Below are positions 47,934 to 55,846 of a DNA stretch of 55,846 nucleotides, one piece after another (within the stretch, counting starts at the first letter, position 1; every line of letters starts with the position of its first letter). Source of the stretch: a virus. Lineage: Duplodnaviria > Caudoviricetes. The notes beneath the pieces were generated by a model, which saw only the letters and a list, made by a program, of their open reading frames with translations, had not been told where the DNA came from and searched no databases. The stretch spans positions 1 through 55,846 of the IMG/VR virus record IMGVR_UViG_3300029823_000381. The stretch is one strand, 5' to 3'. A program made the position numbers and the translations under genes.

Positions 47934-50327
47934 ATGGCAAAAACAACAACAAATTTAGGATTGTATGAAGCTGAAAGCACAGATGGTTCAAACACATATA
48001 ATATAACTACAATGTTAAATAATAACTGGGATAAGATAGATGCAGACAGCAAGACAAAAAGCGATGGCATAACTTCAATAAATTCTGCAATAGGAACAGC
48101 AATTTTAAGCACTACAGATAAGACATTAAAAGGTGCAATAAATGAGGTCAAAACCGAAAATGAAAATTCTATAGCTAATATACAAATAGGTGGAAGAAAT
48201 TTAATTACTGGTACAGACTTTAAAAGTACCAGTGGGTATTCTCCGTGGCAATATAATCAGTTAAGCGTTTCTAATAATCATTTAGTTATATCAAGCACAA
48301 GCATTATTGGTGTACAAACTCCAAACTTTAACTTAAAAGCAAATCAAGAATACATTTTAAGTTTCAAAACTAACTCCACTAATGCTTTCGATTATATGTA
48401 TTTAAGGCAAGAAATTGCAACTATAAAGAAACTTAATACTGTTTTAAATCCAACTAATGGAGTAGTTACTCTTATATTTTCTAACACATCAGATGTAAGC
48501 AGCGCAAGTATATTAATTGGATCAACTACACCTGGAACTATAGAGATATGGGAATTAAAATTAGAAAAAGGGAATAAACCTACAGACTGGACACTATCAC
48601 CAGAAGACCAGCAGGCATATGTAGATTCACAAATTCCAACCTCGCTTCCTGCTAATGGTGGTAATTCAACTACAGTTAATAACAAGACAGCAGCAGCTAC
48701 ACCAGTAACAAATGAAAAAAATGATTTGATAGGTATGGTCAATGAAATTAAAAATGAAACTTATACAAAGTCTGAAGCAAACACAGCTATATCTACAGGT
48801 GTGGATAATGCAGTAACAGGAGTTACAATTTCAGATTTTACTGGAAAAGTAACAGGAAGTGTTGTAGCAAATCCTAATATAGCAAAACGTACAGCTGGAA
48901 ATGATAATCAAACAAGATTACTTTTACCTAATGAATTTGTAATAGAAATAGGTACAAACGATGCAGGTATTGCAACTATAGAAAAATTAGATGGCAGTAC
49001 TTTAGGCACTTCTACTAGTATAAGTAGTGCTATCTCTCAACATCTATTTGAGTTTGATTTAATTTCTATAGTAGAAAGAAAATATGGAACTATACCAGGT
49101 TCTACTACAGCAGATAAAGTAGATTGGCTAAAAAATAATTTAGCTAGTATTATTTGTAATTGGTATGGGTATGGCAGTTGTCCTTCTGGTAATAAAGCTT
49201 ATGCTAATATTTTTCAACAAAATTCATGGACTAATATTCCTACTTGGTCACATACGTTAAATATACCTAATTTAATTTCACCAAATGCTATAAATAGCAC
49301 AGCTATAAGTCAAAGTATTGATTCTAATGGATTTATATATTTCTTAGCTTATACAGATGCTTCAGATGGAACAACACCAAGTACAATTTATACAGATTAT
49401 ATAGATATACAACTAACATTTAAAAATATATTTAGTGCTTTAATGCTAGGAGAAGCTTCACTTGATTCACATAAGGCAGATTATTTATATCAAACAGCAG
49501 GAGGAACAGCAACAGCAATAACATTAACTATTAATGAAACTTTAATTAATGGGCTTCCTGTTAATTTTATAGCTAGTGCTTCTAATAGTGGGAGTGCGAC
49601 AACAATAAATAGTAAACATTTTTATAAACCCAACACAACTACTGCACCTAATTTAATTGCAGGGAAACCTTATACAGCAATATATAATTCAAGTGGTGAT
49701 TGTTTTTTTATCAAAGCTAGTGCAGAGGGAAATGCTATTGCATCCCATGTACTAGCAGGAGATACATTTAGTAATGATAATGATACAGGATTAGTTGGTA
49801 CTGCACCTCTAAAATCTGGTATAGCATATACACCTACTACAAGTGACCAAGTTATTACAGCAGGATTTGAAGATGGAACATGTAAAGTTAAGGGTGATTC
49901 CAATTTAGTTTCTGATAATATAGTTATTGGAAAAAGTATTTTTGAAGTAACTGGTAGTTATAGTTCAATCACACCAGGAGATAAAATTTTAATTGCTGGA
50001 ACATCTGGCGGTGTTACAGATACTACTTGGAAAAAAGTAAGTTCAATACAATTAAACATTACAGGCACTTATAGAATTCGTTTTGGGTTATATTGTGGAA
50101 CCACTGGTGTAACTTATACATCTTATGGAAGAATATATAAAAATGGTGTTGCTTTTGGAATACAACGGTCAATAGGTAGTACAACTCCGGCTTATTATAT
50201 AGAAGATTTATTTTTTACAGCAGGGGATACTTGCGAATTTTGGGCAATGAGTACTTCTTCCGATCGTGCGGCAGTAATATTTGAGCCAGATATAAGATAC
50301 AATCAAGCTCCAGTATTAATATTATAA
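47934..50327 (+). CDS. Tail fiber / receptor-binding protein (multi-domain)
   Basis: N-terminal TTNLGL..LNNNWDKID; IGGRNL..KLEKGNKPTDW domain; VLAGDTFSND unit. Confidence 0.85.
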   Translation: MAKTTTNLGLYEAESTDGSNTYNITTMLNNNWDKIDADSKTKSDGITSINSAIGTAILSTTDKTLKGAINEVKTENENSIANIQIGGRNLITGTDFKSTSGYSPWQYNQLSVSNNHLVISSTSIIGVQTPNFNLKANQEYILSFKTNSTNAFDYMYLRQEIATIKKLNTVLNPTNGVVTLIFSNTSDVSSASILIGSTTPGTIEIWELKLEKGNKPTDWTLSPEDQQAYVDSQIPTSLPANGGNSTTVNNKTAAATPVTNEKNDLIGMVNEIKNETYTKSEANTAISTGVDNAVTGVTISDFTGKVTGSVVANPNIAKRTAGNDNQTRLLLPNEFVIEIGTNDAGIATIEKLDGSTLGTSTSISSAISQHLFEFDLISIVERKYGTIPGSTTADKVDWLKNNLASIICNWYGYGSCPSGNKAYANIFQQNSWTNIPTWSHTLNIPNLISPNAINSTAISQSIDSNGFIYFLAYTDASDGTTPSTIYTDYIDIQLTFKNIFSALMLGEASLDSHKADYLYQTAGGTATAITLTINETLINGLPVNFIASASNSGSATTINSKHFYKPNTTTAPNLIAGKPYTAIYNSSGDCFFIKASAEGNAIASHVLAGDTFSNDNDTGLVGTAPLKSGIAYTPTTSDQVITAGFEDGTCKVKGDSNLVSDNIVIGKSIFEVTGSYSSITPGDKILIAGTSGGVTDTTWKKVSSIQLNITGTYRIRFGLYCGTTGVTYTSYGRIYKNGVAFGIQRSIGSTTPAYYIEDLFFTAGDTCEFWAMSTSSDRAAVIFEPDIRYNQAPVLIL

Positions 50328-50502
50328 TTATAGGAAGATGATAAATTGATTGTAAAAATAGGATATATAATGGTAGAAGAAAGGCATTACAATAGAATAT
50401 TTTTGCGTACACATTTATACTTATAAATATATATTAATATGTATGAGTGAGTACAAAAATGACAGATAAAATATAAAGAGATATAATCATTTCTAAAGGG
50501 AG

Positions 50503-50688
50503 ATGGTTATAGTGGGAGAGAAGGCGGTGCGTATAAATATCACACTTCCACCAGATGTACTGGCAGAGTTTAAAAAATATGGAGCTAGAAAAGGAATTAT
50601 GATTTCGCCTTTTGTTGCTGCTAAAATGAAAGAATTTATCCAGGAGGAAAAGGCTATAGAAAAATTAAAAAATGAAGGTAAACTATAA
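50503..50688 (+). CDS. Ribbon-helix-helix (CopG-like) protein
   Basis: VRINITLP beta strand followed by two helices. Confidence 0.7.
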   Translation: MVIVGEKAVRINITLPPDVLAEFKKYGARKGIMISPFVAAKMKEFIQEEKAIEKLKNEGKL

Positions 50689-50739
50689 GACACTCGATTA
50701 AGAGTGCCTTTTAAATTTAAATTAAATGGAGGAATATAA

Positions 50740-51009
50740 ATGAAGTTAGCAATTGAAAATTTAGAAAAATGTTTTAATGTTGCAAGCCATAAGGATGCTA
50801 AATATGTAGGTGTAAAAATTCAAATGCAGGGATTTCCTAAACCTGAGATTATAATAAATGAAAATAAGAATTTTGATAGTAAATTTGCTTATTATAAAAG
50901 AGCTTATAATAAAGATCTAACACTTAAAACATTTAATGGTATTAAAATAGTAGGCTTTACTTATGGAAACAGTTTTGCAGATATAGAACACAATTTAATA
51001 AATAATTAG
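50740..51009 (+). CDS. Conserved hypothetical phage protein
   Basis: GGAGG RBS; PEIIIN..NFDSKFAYYKRAY. Confidence 0.7.
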   Translation: MKLAIENLEKCFNVASHKDAKYVGVKIQMQGFPKPEIIINENKNFDSKFAYYKRAYNKDLTLKTFNGIKIVGFTYGNSFADIEHNLINN

Positions 51010-51162
51010 TTCGTAATATTTAGTATGAGTATTTACTTATATCTATAAAGCCTTATAAATCAATACTTATAGAGATTTATGGATATTTTTGGCAATAGAA
51101 TATTTTTGCGAACTTAAAGACTTATTGATTTAAGTCTTTTTATTTTGAAGGGAGATAATAAC

Positions 51163-51528
51163 ATGAATATAGGAAGAAGAATAGTCTATGATAGTGTAAC
51201 AGGGGCTATTATACTAGATACAGGAGAAGACACAAATGCTACAGCAGAACGTCCAGTATGGAATGGGACAACTTATATAGATATACCATACGGACAAGAT
51301 AGTGATAAATATAGTAGAGTGCTAAAATATCATGTGGATATTGCAACAAAAACTGTGGTATTTGATGAATTAGGAAAAGTAGTAGTTACAGATGATGCAA
51401 AGCTTGCAGCTGTATACCAAAATATATTTACATTTAATAAAACTTTAAATAGTAATAATAAATTAGCAGGGTTAAGCCAAGAAGTAATAAATGCTTTAAA
51501 AACTATAGTGATTGGGGGTAGCAACTAA
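51163..51528 (+). CDS. Tail fiber assembly-associated protein
   Basis: IGRRIVYD..TGAIILDTGE; precedes the XkdX-like gene. Confidence 0.65.
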   Translation: MNIGRRIVYDSVTGAIILDTGEDTNATAERPVWNGTTYIDIPYGQDSDKYSRVLKYHVDIATKTVVFDELGKVVVTDDAKLAAVYQNIFTFNKTLNSNNKLAGLSQEVINALKTIVIGGSN

Positions 51529-51659
51529 TGTTAAGCTATGACTTTTATTATATAGGATATGTTTGTGGCTATTTAACTTTAGACCAAATTAAGCAGGGTG
51601 TTATTGATGGAGACTTAACAAAAGATCAATATAAACAAATAACTGGTTTAGACTATTAA
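51528..51659 (+). CDS. XkdX-family small protein (43 aa)
   Basis: TAATG coupling; G.LTKDQYKQITGLDY. Confidence 0.75.
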   Translation: MLSYDFYYIGYVCGYLTLDQIKQGVIDGDLTKDQYKQITGLDY

Positions 51660-51739
51660 ATTAAAATTTAAATAAGCAATAATTTTAGACTATATAAATA
51701 AGTAGTCTTTTTTTATTGCTTTTTCTTAGGAGGCGAGAC

Positions 51740-52030
51740 ATGAGTGCCAACATTAGTATTGGAATTGCATTTACATCTTTACTATTAACAGCCATAAGTA
51801 TATTTAGACTATTTAGTAAAGATGGGAAAGAAACAGTTAAAAATTTTAGCAGAGTTGAAACAAAATTAGATGTAATAGGTGGTGATATAAAAGAAACACG
51901 TGATGATGTTAAAGCACTTAGAGTGAGACAGGAGGATATGGCAGAAAGGCTTGTAAAAGTCGAAGAGTCTACTAAATCTGCACATCATAGAATTGATGGA
52001 ATAGAAGAAAAAATGAATAAGGAGGGATAA
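51740..52030 (+). CDS. Holin-associated membrane/coiled-coil protein (XhlA-like)
   Basis: N-terminal TM; VEESTKSAHHRID. Confidence 0.7.
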   Translation: MSANISIGIAFTSLLLTAISIFRLFSKDGKETVKNFSRVETKLDVIGGDIKETRDDVKALRVRQEDMAERLVKVEESTKSAHHRIDGIEEKMNKEG

Positions 52031-52032
52031 GT

Positions 52033-53043
52033 TTGAAATTCAAAAAGAAAATAATGTTTTTGATTATGGCACTAGCCTTTGTGGTTGGTGCTTTTTTCAT
52101 GCCACAAAATGTACGAGCTGCAACGATTTACAAAGGCATTGATGTATATGAGTGCAGTGATATTTCAGACTATCAAGCATTAAAAGATTCTAATGTATCT
52201 GTGGTTATTCAGAAAGCATCAGAAGGAAATAACTATAACGATAAATTATTAAGTTATAGAGCTTCTATGTTACCTCAGTATGGTTTTAAAGTAGGATATT
52301 ATCACTTTGCCACAAATAATGGTCAGCCAGTAGCCCAAGCTCAACATTTTCTTAACCAGATTCAAGGATTACATTCTGATACTGTTTTATGGCTTGATTT
52401 GGAAAACCAACCAAACTGGAGTAAGTCTGAAGCTATAAATTTTGCAAATAAGTTTATTGGTTATGTTCAAAATAGAGGTTATAAGATAGGTATCTATACA
52501 GGACTATCATTTTATGAAGAATATCTCTCAGGTAATATCGGTAATGTACCTTTATGGATAGCAAAATACTCATCTACGCCACCAGCACAATATCCAAGTG
52601 TTATGAGTTGGCAAAATTCAGAGACAGGACAAGTCAGCGGTGTAAGTGGATATTGTGATACAGACTATTTTAATGATTCTATTTTTAGTGGACAAGTAGC
52701 TACTCGGGAGCTTACTACTATGGAAAAACAAATACAATCACTTCAATATGATCTAAACATAGATTATAATTCAAAATTGGAGTGTGATGGAATTGTAGGA
52801 AGGCATACGCAAGCAGAATTACAAGGTGTACAGCCATTACTAATTAGAGGGCATAAATCTAATGTAGTTGAATGGCTACAGCAGAAACTTGTCATGTATG
52901 GTTATTTGAAAGCAGGAACTTACAAGAGTATGACCTATGATGAAGCTACTTTCCAAGCTGTAACGAATCTCCAGAAGAACTGGGGACGTGTTACAAGTGG
53001 ACAACTTGATTTAAGTACTTGGGACGTATTCTTAACTAATTAG
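52033..53043 (+). CDS. GH25 muramidase endolysin with N-terminal signal peptide and C-terminal peptidoglycan-binding domains
   Basis: GIDV, KASEG, GYYHF, LDLE, LWIAKY; basic-hydrophobic leader ending VRA. Confidence 0.9.
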   Translation: MKFKKKIMFLIMALAFVVGAFFMPQNVRAATIYKGIDVYECSDISDYQALKDSNVSVVIQKASEGNNYNDKLLSYRASMLPQYGFKVGYYHFATNNGQPVAQAQHFLNQIQGLHSDTVLWLDLENQPNWSKSEAINFANKFIGYVQNRGYKIGIYTGLSFYEEYLSGNIGNVPLWIAKYSSTPPAQYPSVMSWQNSETGQVSGVSGYCDTDYFNDSIFSGQVATRELTTMEKQIQSLQYDLNIDYNSKLECDGIVGRHTQAELQGVQPLLIRGHKSNVVEWLQQKLVMYGYLKAGTYKSMTYDEATFQAVTNLQKNWGRVTSGQLDLSTWDVFLTN

Positions 53044-53094
53044 AGAGCTGTAAAAGGCTCTTTTTATTAAATAAAAAATGGAGGAAATAAAATT

Positions 53095-53877
53095 ATGGAA
53101 AAATTATTAATATTATTAGGAGTTTGTATAGGAGCCGTTGCTACACTTTTCTTGTTTAGATATTTAGAGAAGAAAGGCATAAATACAGAGACTATAATAA
53201 AAGATACAGAGACAAGCCTTAAAACAGCAGAAGGATATACAAAGGCAGCAGTAGGCCTTACCACAGGAAAAGCTAAAAAAGGACTTAGCATTATAGCAAC
53301 TATAGAAGGACTTGCAGAAAAGGCTTGCGGATATGCATGGCAATTATATATTAGTCAGCAGATAAAAGATGATGCTGACGGTTCTAAGAGAAGAAAAACT
53401 GCACTTGACTGGATCTATATTGCACTTGAAAAGATAGGCATTACCGTAGATAACAGTGTAAAAACTATAGCAACTGGGATAGTTGAAAATACTGTACTTA
53501 GTGATAAAACTATTGGCCAAATTAATAAGCAATTAGATAAACTTATTGAAGATAGGGTTGCTACTCTGCAGAAAGAAAAAGAAGAGATACAGTCTAAATT
53601 AAATTCTACTACAAATGAACTTACAACTGTAAAAACTCAACTTCTTACAGCACAAAATAAGCTTGCTACAGCCCGAAACATTTTTAGCCCTATACAAAAT
53701 ACAGCTGAAGCAGTTAAAAGTACAACAGATGCAAATACTTCAAATGTAGTGGATACAAATCAACAGGAAGAAAATACTTCTCCTACACAGAGTGAAAGTG
53801 CGAGTTCTACAGTACAAGACACTCAACCAAAAGAAAATAATACCGCAGTTGAAAGCAATACAACCCCTCAAGCATAA
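53095..53877 (+). CDS. Holin-like protein with coiled coil and low-complexity tail
   Basis: N-terminal TM, QLY..G.KR motif; follows the endolysin. Confidence 0.6.
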   Translation: MEKLLILLGVCIGAVATLFLFRYLEKKGINTETIIKDTETSLKTAEGYTKAAVGLTTGKAKKGLSIIATIEGLAEKACGYAWQLYISQQIKDDADGSKRRKTALDWIYIALEKIGITVDNSVKTIATGIVENTVLSDKTIGQINKQLDKLIEDRVATLQKEKEEIQSKLNSTTNELTTVKTQLLTAQNKLATARNIFSPIQNTAEAVKSTTDANTSNVVDTNQQEENTSPTQSESASSTVQDTQPKENNTAVESNTTPQA

Positions 53878-53912
53878 AAAATGCCCTAGGTCAAAAGCCT
53901 AGGGCATTTTTT
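53877..53912. terminator. Bidirectional terminator
   Basis: AAAAATGCCCTAGG / CCTAGGGCATTTTT. Confidence 0.85.
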
Positions 53913-54153
53913 ATTTTCTTATACATAAGGATTTATAAAATTTATCTAGTTTTTCATGTAATTTAAAAAACTTTTCACTGTATTCGGAGTTACTTTCGCA
54001 GGAATTCCAAATTATCAAAATAGAAGTGCTAAGTTTGCTTACAGTATCCTTATAGCCAAGCTTATCGTCAAAAGAAGAATTATGTGAATTTTTCTCTTTA
54101 ATAGTGTCAGTTATAAGTCTAACAAAATTTAGATATAGCTTTTCTTCATTCAT
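53911..54153 (-). CDS. Hypothetical protein (80 aa), last gene of the reverse operon
   Basis: GAAGGAG RBS before ATG 54153. Confidence 0.65.
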   Translation of the reverse strand: MNEEKLYLNFVRLITDTIKEKNSHNSSFDDKLGYKDTVSKLSTSILIIWNSCESNSEYSEKFFKLHEKLDKFYKSLCIRK

Positions 54154-54179
54154 ATTGATTGCTCCTTCCAAAATCTAAT

Positions 54180-54344
54180 CTAAAATACGGTTCTTATTTC
54201 ATTGAAATCATCATCTAGTAAGAAGACATTGAATAATGACCCATGTTCACTTTCAAATTTCCAAGCCTGTTCCATTGCATCCACATCATTGCCAGCATCA
54301 AATACTACCATTTCATTGTCTTCAAATTCAGCTTGATATGTCAT
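54180..54344 (-). CDS. Highly acidic 54-aa protein
   Basis: AAAGGAG RBS; MTYQAEFEDNEMVVFDAGNDVDAMEQAWKFESEHGSLFNVFLLDDDFNEIRTVF; 14 D/E vs 2 K/R. Confidence 0.75.
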   Translation of the reverse strand: MTYQAEFEDNEMVVFDAGNDVDAMEQAWKFESEHGSLFNVFLLDDDFNEIRTVF

Positions 54345-54392
54345 ATTTAAAAACTCCTTTATATTTTATTTGGAGTATGCTATTATATTTTT

Positions 54393-54468
54393 AGCGGCTC
54401 CAGTGTTTTACTGGTGTTGTTCAGAAGTTCATTCGGTTTGCGAGACGGGGTGAACTTCTTTATTTTTG
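54393..54468 (+). ncRNA. Putative antisense small RNA
   Basis: TGcTATTAT extended -10 at 54378-54386; CCAGT/ACTGG hairpin, then AGAAGTTCA/TGAACTTCT hairpin with G-U pairs, GCGA loop and U-tract. Confidence 0.45.
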
Positions 54469-54894
54469 TTTTCCATAGACTCTTTCCATACCTTCTCTAG
54501 TTATAAGCCATACACTTCCGGATTGCCTGTATTCTCCTTCTTTGAATCGGCCTTGTCTTACTGCATTTCTAAGCACAGAGCCATCACATAAACCCCATTT
54601 TTGAGCTGCTTCACTGAAAGTATAAACATTATCTAAAAGCTGGCTTCTTACGTTATCATGATTTTTCTTTTCATATCCATCCGTAGTAGATGAATTCCAT
54701 TTTCCACTGAAATTGTCATACATGATGCTTCCATATTCAGTATCATTATTAATAACTTGTAATGCTACATTGTCACCTATAGTTAGGATTGAACTATCTT
54801 CTAATTTAACCATTCTTTTACCGATATATTTACCACTAAGTCCTGTAATTTCTTTTGCCAGAGTTTCAAAATCTTTTGCTAGCACATCAAACAT
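54460..54894 (-). CDS. Protein with C-terminal HTH domain (first gene of reverse operon; start ATG 54894 or GTG 54885)
   Basis: VYTFSEAAQKWGL..SVLRNAV..GRF...RQSGSVWLITREGMERVYG. Confidence 0.8.
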   Translation of the reverse strand: MFDVLAKDFETLAKEITGLSGKYIGKRMVKLEDSSILTIGDNVALQVINNDTEYGSIMYDNFSGKWNSSTTDGYEKKNHDNVRSQLLDNVYTFSEAAQKWGLCDGSVLRNAVRQGRFKEGEYRQSGSVWLITREGMERVYGKQK

Positions 54895-54907
54895 CCCCTT
54901 CTTATTC

Positions 54908-54960
54908 AACACGCTATCGTGTCTATATTTATATCATAACACGTTATCGTGTCATGTCAA
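54908..54960 (-). promoter_or_regulatory. Strong sigma-A promoter with two palindromic operators
   Basis: TTGACA(54960-54955)-16-TATGAT(54938-54933); ACACG-N4-CGTGT within near-identical 16-mers at 54908-54923 and 54938-54953. Confidence 0.85.
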
Positions 54961-55014
54961 TAAGTTTTTAGAAAATATTTTAGAAATTTTGTTATAATTT
55001 ATTTGGGTGATAGC

Positions 55015-55602
55015 ATGAATAATTATATTTTAGGAATTATATTTGGAATAGGCTCCATATCAGAGGGCAGGCTAATTTTTAGACATAAAAATAGATATTT
55101 TCTCGAACAAATTCAAATTTTATGCAAGAATGAAATATACGAGCAAAAGAACAAATCTAATATACAATACGTTCTTAAAACAAGATATTTTGATATAGAA
55201 GAATTAAAGACTATAGGATGGACTGACAGAAATGCTAGTGTAAGGTATTTGCCTAAACTAGATAACTATAGGAACTTTATGAGGGCGTACATAGAATTAC
55301 ATAGCAGCTTGGATTATTCGACACGTTATAGATCTAAAAATAAAAAAGAAAAATACAAAGCCTTAAGGCTAAGAATTTATGGAAACAAAGAATTAATTAA
55401 TAGTATAAATAGTGCATTTCATACAGATGCAGGAGTTAAACTTAAATCGCCACAAATTATACATAATAATAAGACTGCATATATTGCATACACTTCTTTA
55501 GGAGAGATTGAAACCATATTTACATATATAAAGGGCTGCCCTTGTTCCAAAGAATTTTGGGAAGATATTTATAATAAGCTAGATAAGCCTGTTATAATAT
55601 AA
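55015..55602 (+). CDS. Degenerate double-LAGLIDADG-fold protein
   Basis: YILGIIFGIGSI and FMRAYIELHSSL helices with LAGLIDADG-like spacing; the catalytic D-G is not conserved. Confidence 0.6.
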   Translation: MNNYILGIIFGIGSISEGRLIFRHKNRYFLEQIQILCKNEIYEQKNKSNIQYVLKTRYFDIEELKTIGWTDRNASVRYLPKLDNYRNFMRAYIELHSSLDYSTRYRSKNKKEKYKALRLRIYGNKELINSINSAFHTDAGVKLKSPQIIHNNKTAYIAYTSLGEIETIFTYIKGCPCSKEFWEDIYNKLDKPVII

Positions 55603-55664
55603 ATGAAATAGAAAAAATTTAAATTTATAAGTTCTAAGCCATGGATTACTAAAGCCTATTTTTT

Positions 55665-55698
55665 AGCCCTAGGCATAAAAACCTAGGGCTTTATTTTT
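55665..55698. terminator. Terminator between convergent genes
   Basis: AGCCCTAGG / CCTAGGGCT plus T-tract. Confidence 0.7.
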
Positions 55699-55846
55699 GT
55701 TCATATTCTTTTATAAACTTCTCTAGTATAACTTCTACCTGTTTACTAGGGGTTCTTTTTTCCTGTTCACATATTTTTAAAAATTTTGATTTCAATTCTT
55801 TAGGTAGAGTAAGAGTTATTCTTTCTTTTCCTTCTGGAACAGCCAT
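55691..55846 (-). CDS. Ribbon-helix-helix protein (51 aa)
   Basis: MAVPEGKERITLTLPKELKSKFLKICEQEKRTPSKQVEVILEKFIKEYEQK*. Confidence 0.75.
   Translation of the reverse strand: MAVPEGKERITLTLPKELKSKFLKICEQEKRTPSKQVEVILEKFIKEYEQK

Larger units (their letters stand above)
50390..51113 (+). repeat. 21-bp direct repeats CAATAGAATATTTTTGCGWAC flanking a two-gene insert
   Basis: Copies at 50390-50410 and 51093-51113, 20/21 identical. Confidence 0.8.
1252..55846. mobile_element. Temperate prophage (HK97-type head, Xkd-like contractile tail, serine integrase); right end not reached in window
   Basis: Ordered integrase, immunity, replication, packaging, head, tail and lysis modules; left junction inside a host gene. 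Confidence 0.95.

Noticed and set aside
47934-51200. Diversity-generating retroelement or invertible tail-fiber switch
   Set aside because: No reverse transcriptase, no template/variable repeat pair, no invertase or inverted fiber copies visible.
53877-55698. Similar GCCCTAGG/CCTAGGGC hairpins as ends of a transposon
   Set aside because: Both lie between convergent genes with T-tracts, and there is no transposase; simpler as terminators.
55600-55846. Right attachment site / 5' part of the split host gene
   Set aside because: No minus-strand MxxxxxxGGG-coding segment found; the window ends in an RHH gene.
1-55846. tRNA or rRNA genes
   Set aside because: No cloverleaf with T-loop consensus or rRNA-like segment recognised by eye; tRNAscan-SE would confirm.

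Overview
Almost the whole window (about 1252 to beyond 55846) is one temperate prophage of a low-GC Firmicute, probably a Clostridium (inferred from AT-richness and protein families). A large serine recombinase has inserted it into the GxGxxG motif of a host FAD-dependent oxidoreductase gene. Only the 3' fragment (1-1251) is present, so the other att site lies outside the window. Module order: integrase and immunity switch; early operon (antirepressor, YqaJ/RecT, replisome organizer, DnaC-like loader, RecU-like resolvase, RemA-like protein, late activator); about 7 kb of accessory genes (Abi-like, Spo0E-like, a soluble + membrane gene pair); HNH/cos/terminase; HK97-type head; Xkd-like contractile tail; lysis; terminal accessory locus. 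The strongest unexplained signal occurs twice: a small Com-like zinc-ribbon gene, then short direct repeats, then an intrinsic terminator whose 5' arm is the last repeat. One copy sits at the head of the early operon and one before the packaging/structural genes, and the two use different repeat sequences. This suggests two separate RNA-binding antitermination switches. Also notable: an operator-controlled reverse operon after the lysis genes resembling an anti-CRISPR (acr-aca) locus, four accessory genes sharing a SigH-like promoter, and two unannotated antisense small-RNA units. All family calls come from motif recognition, not database searches.
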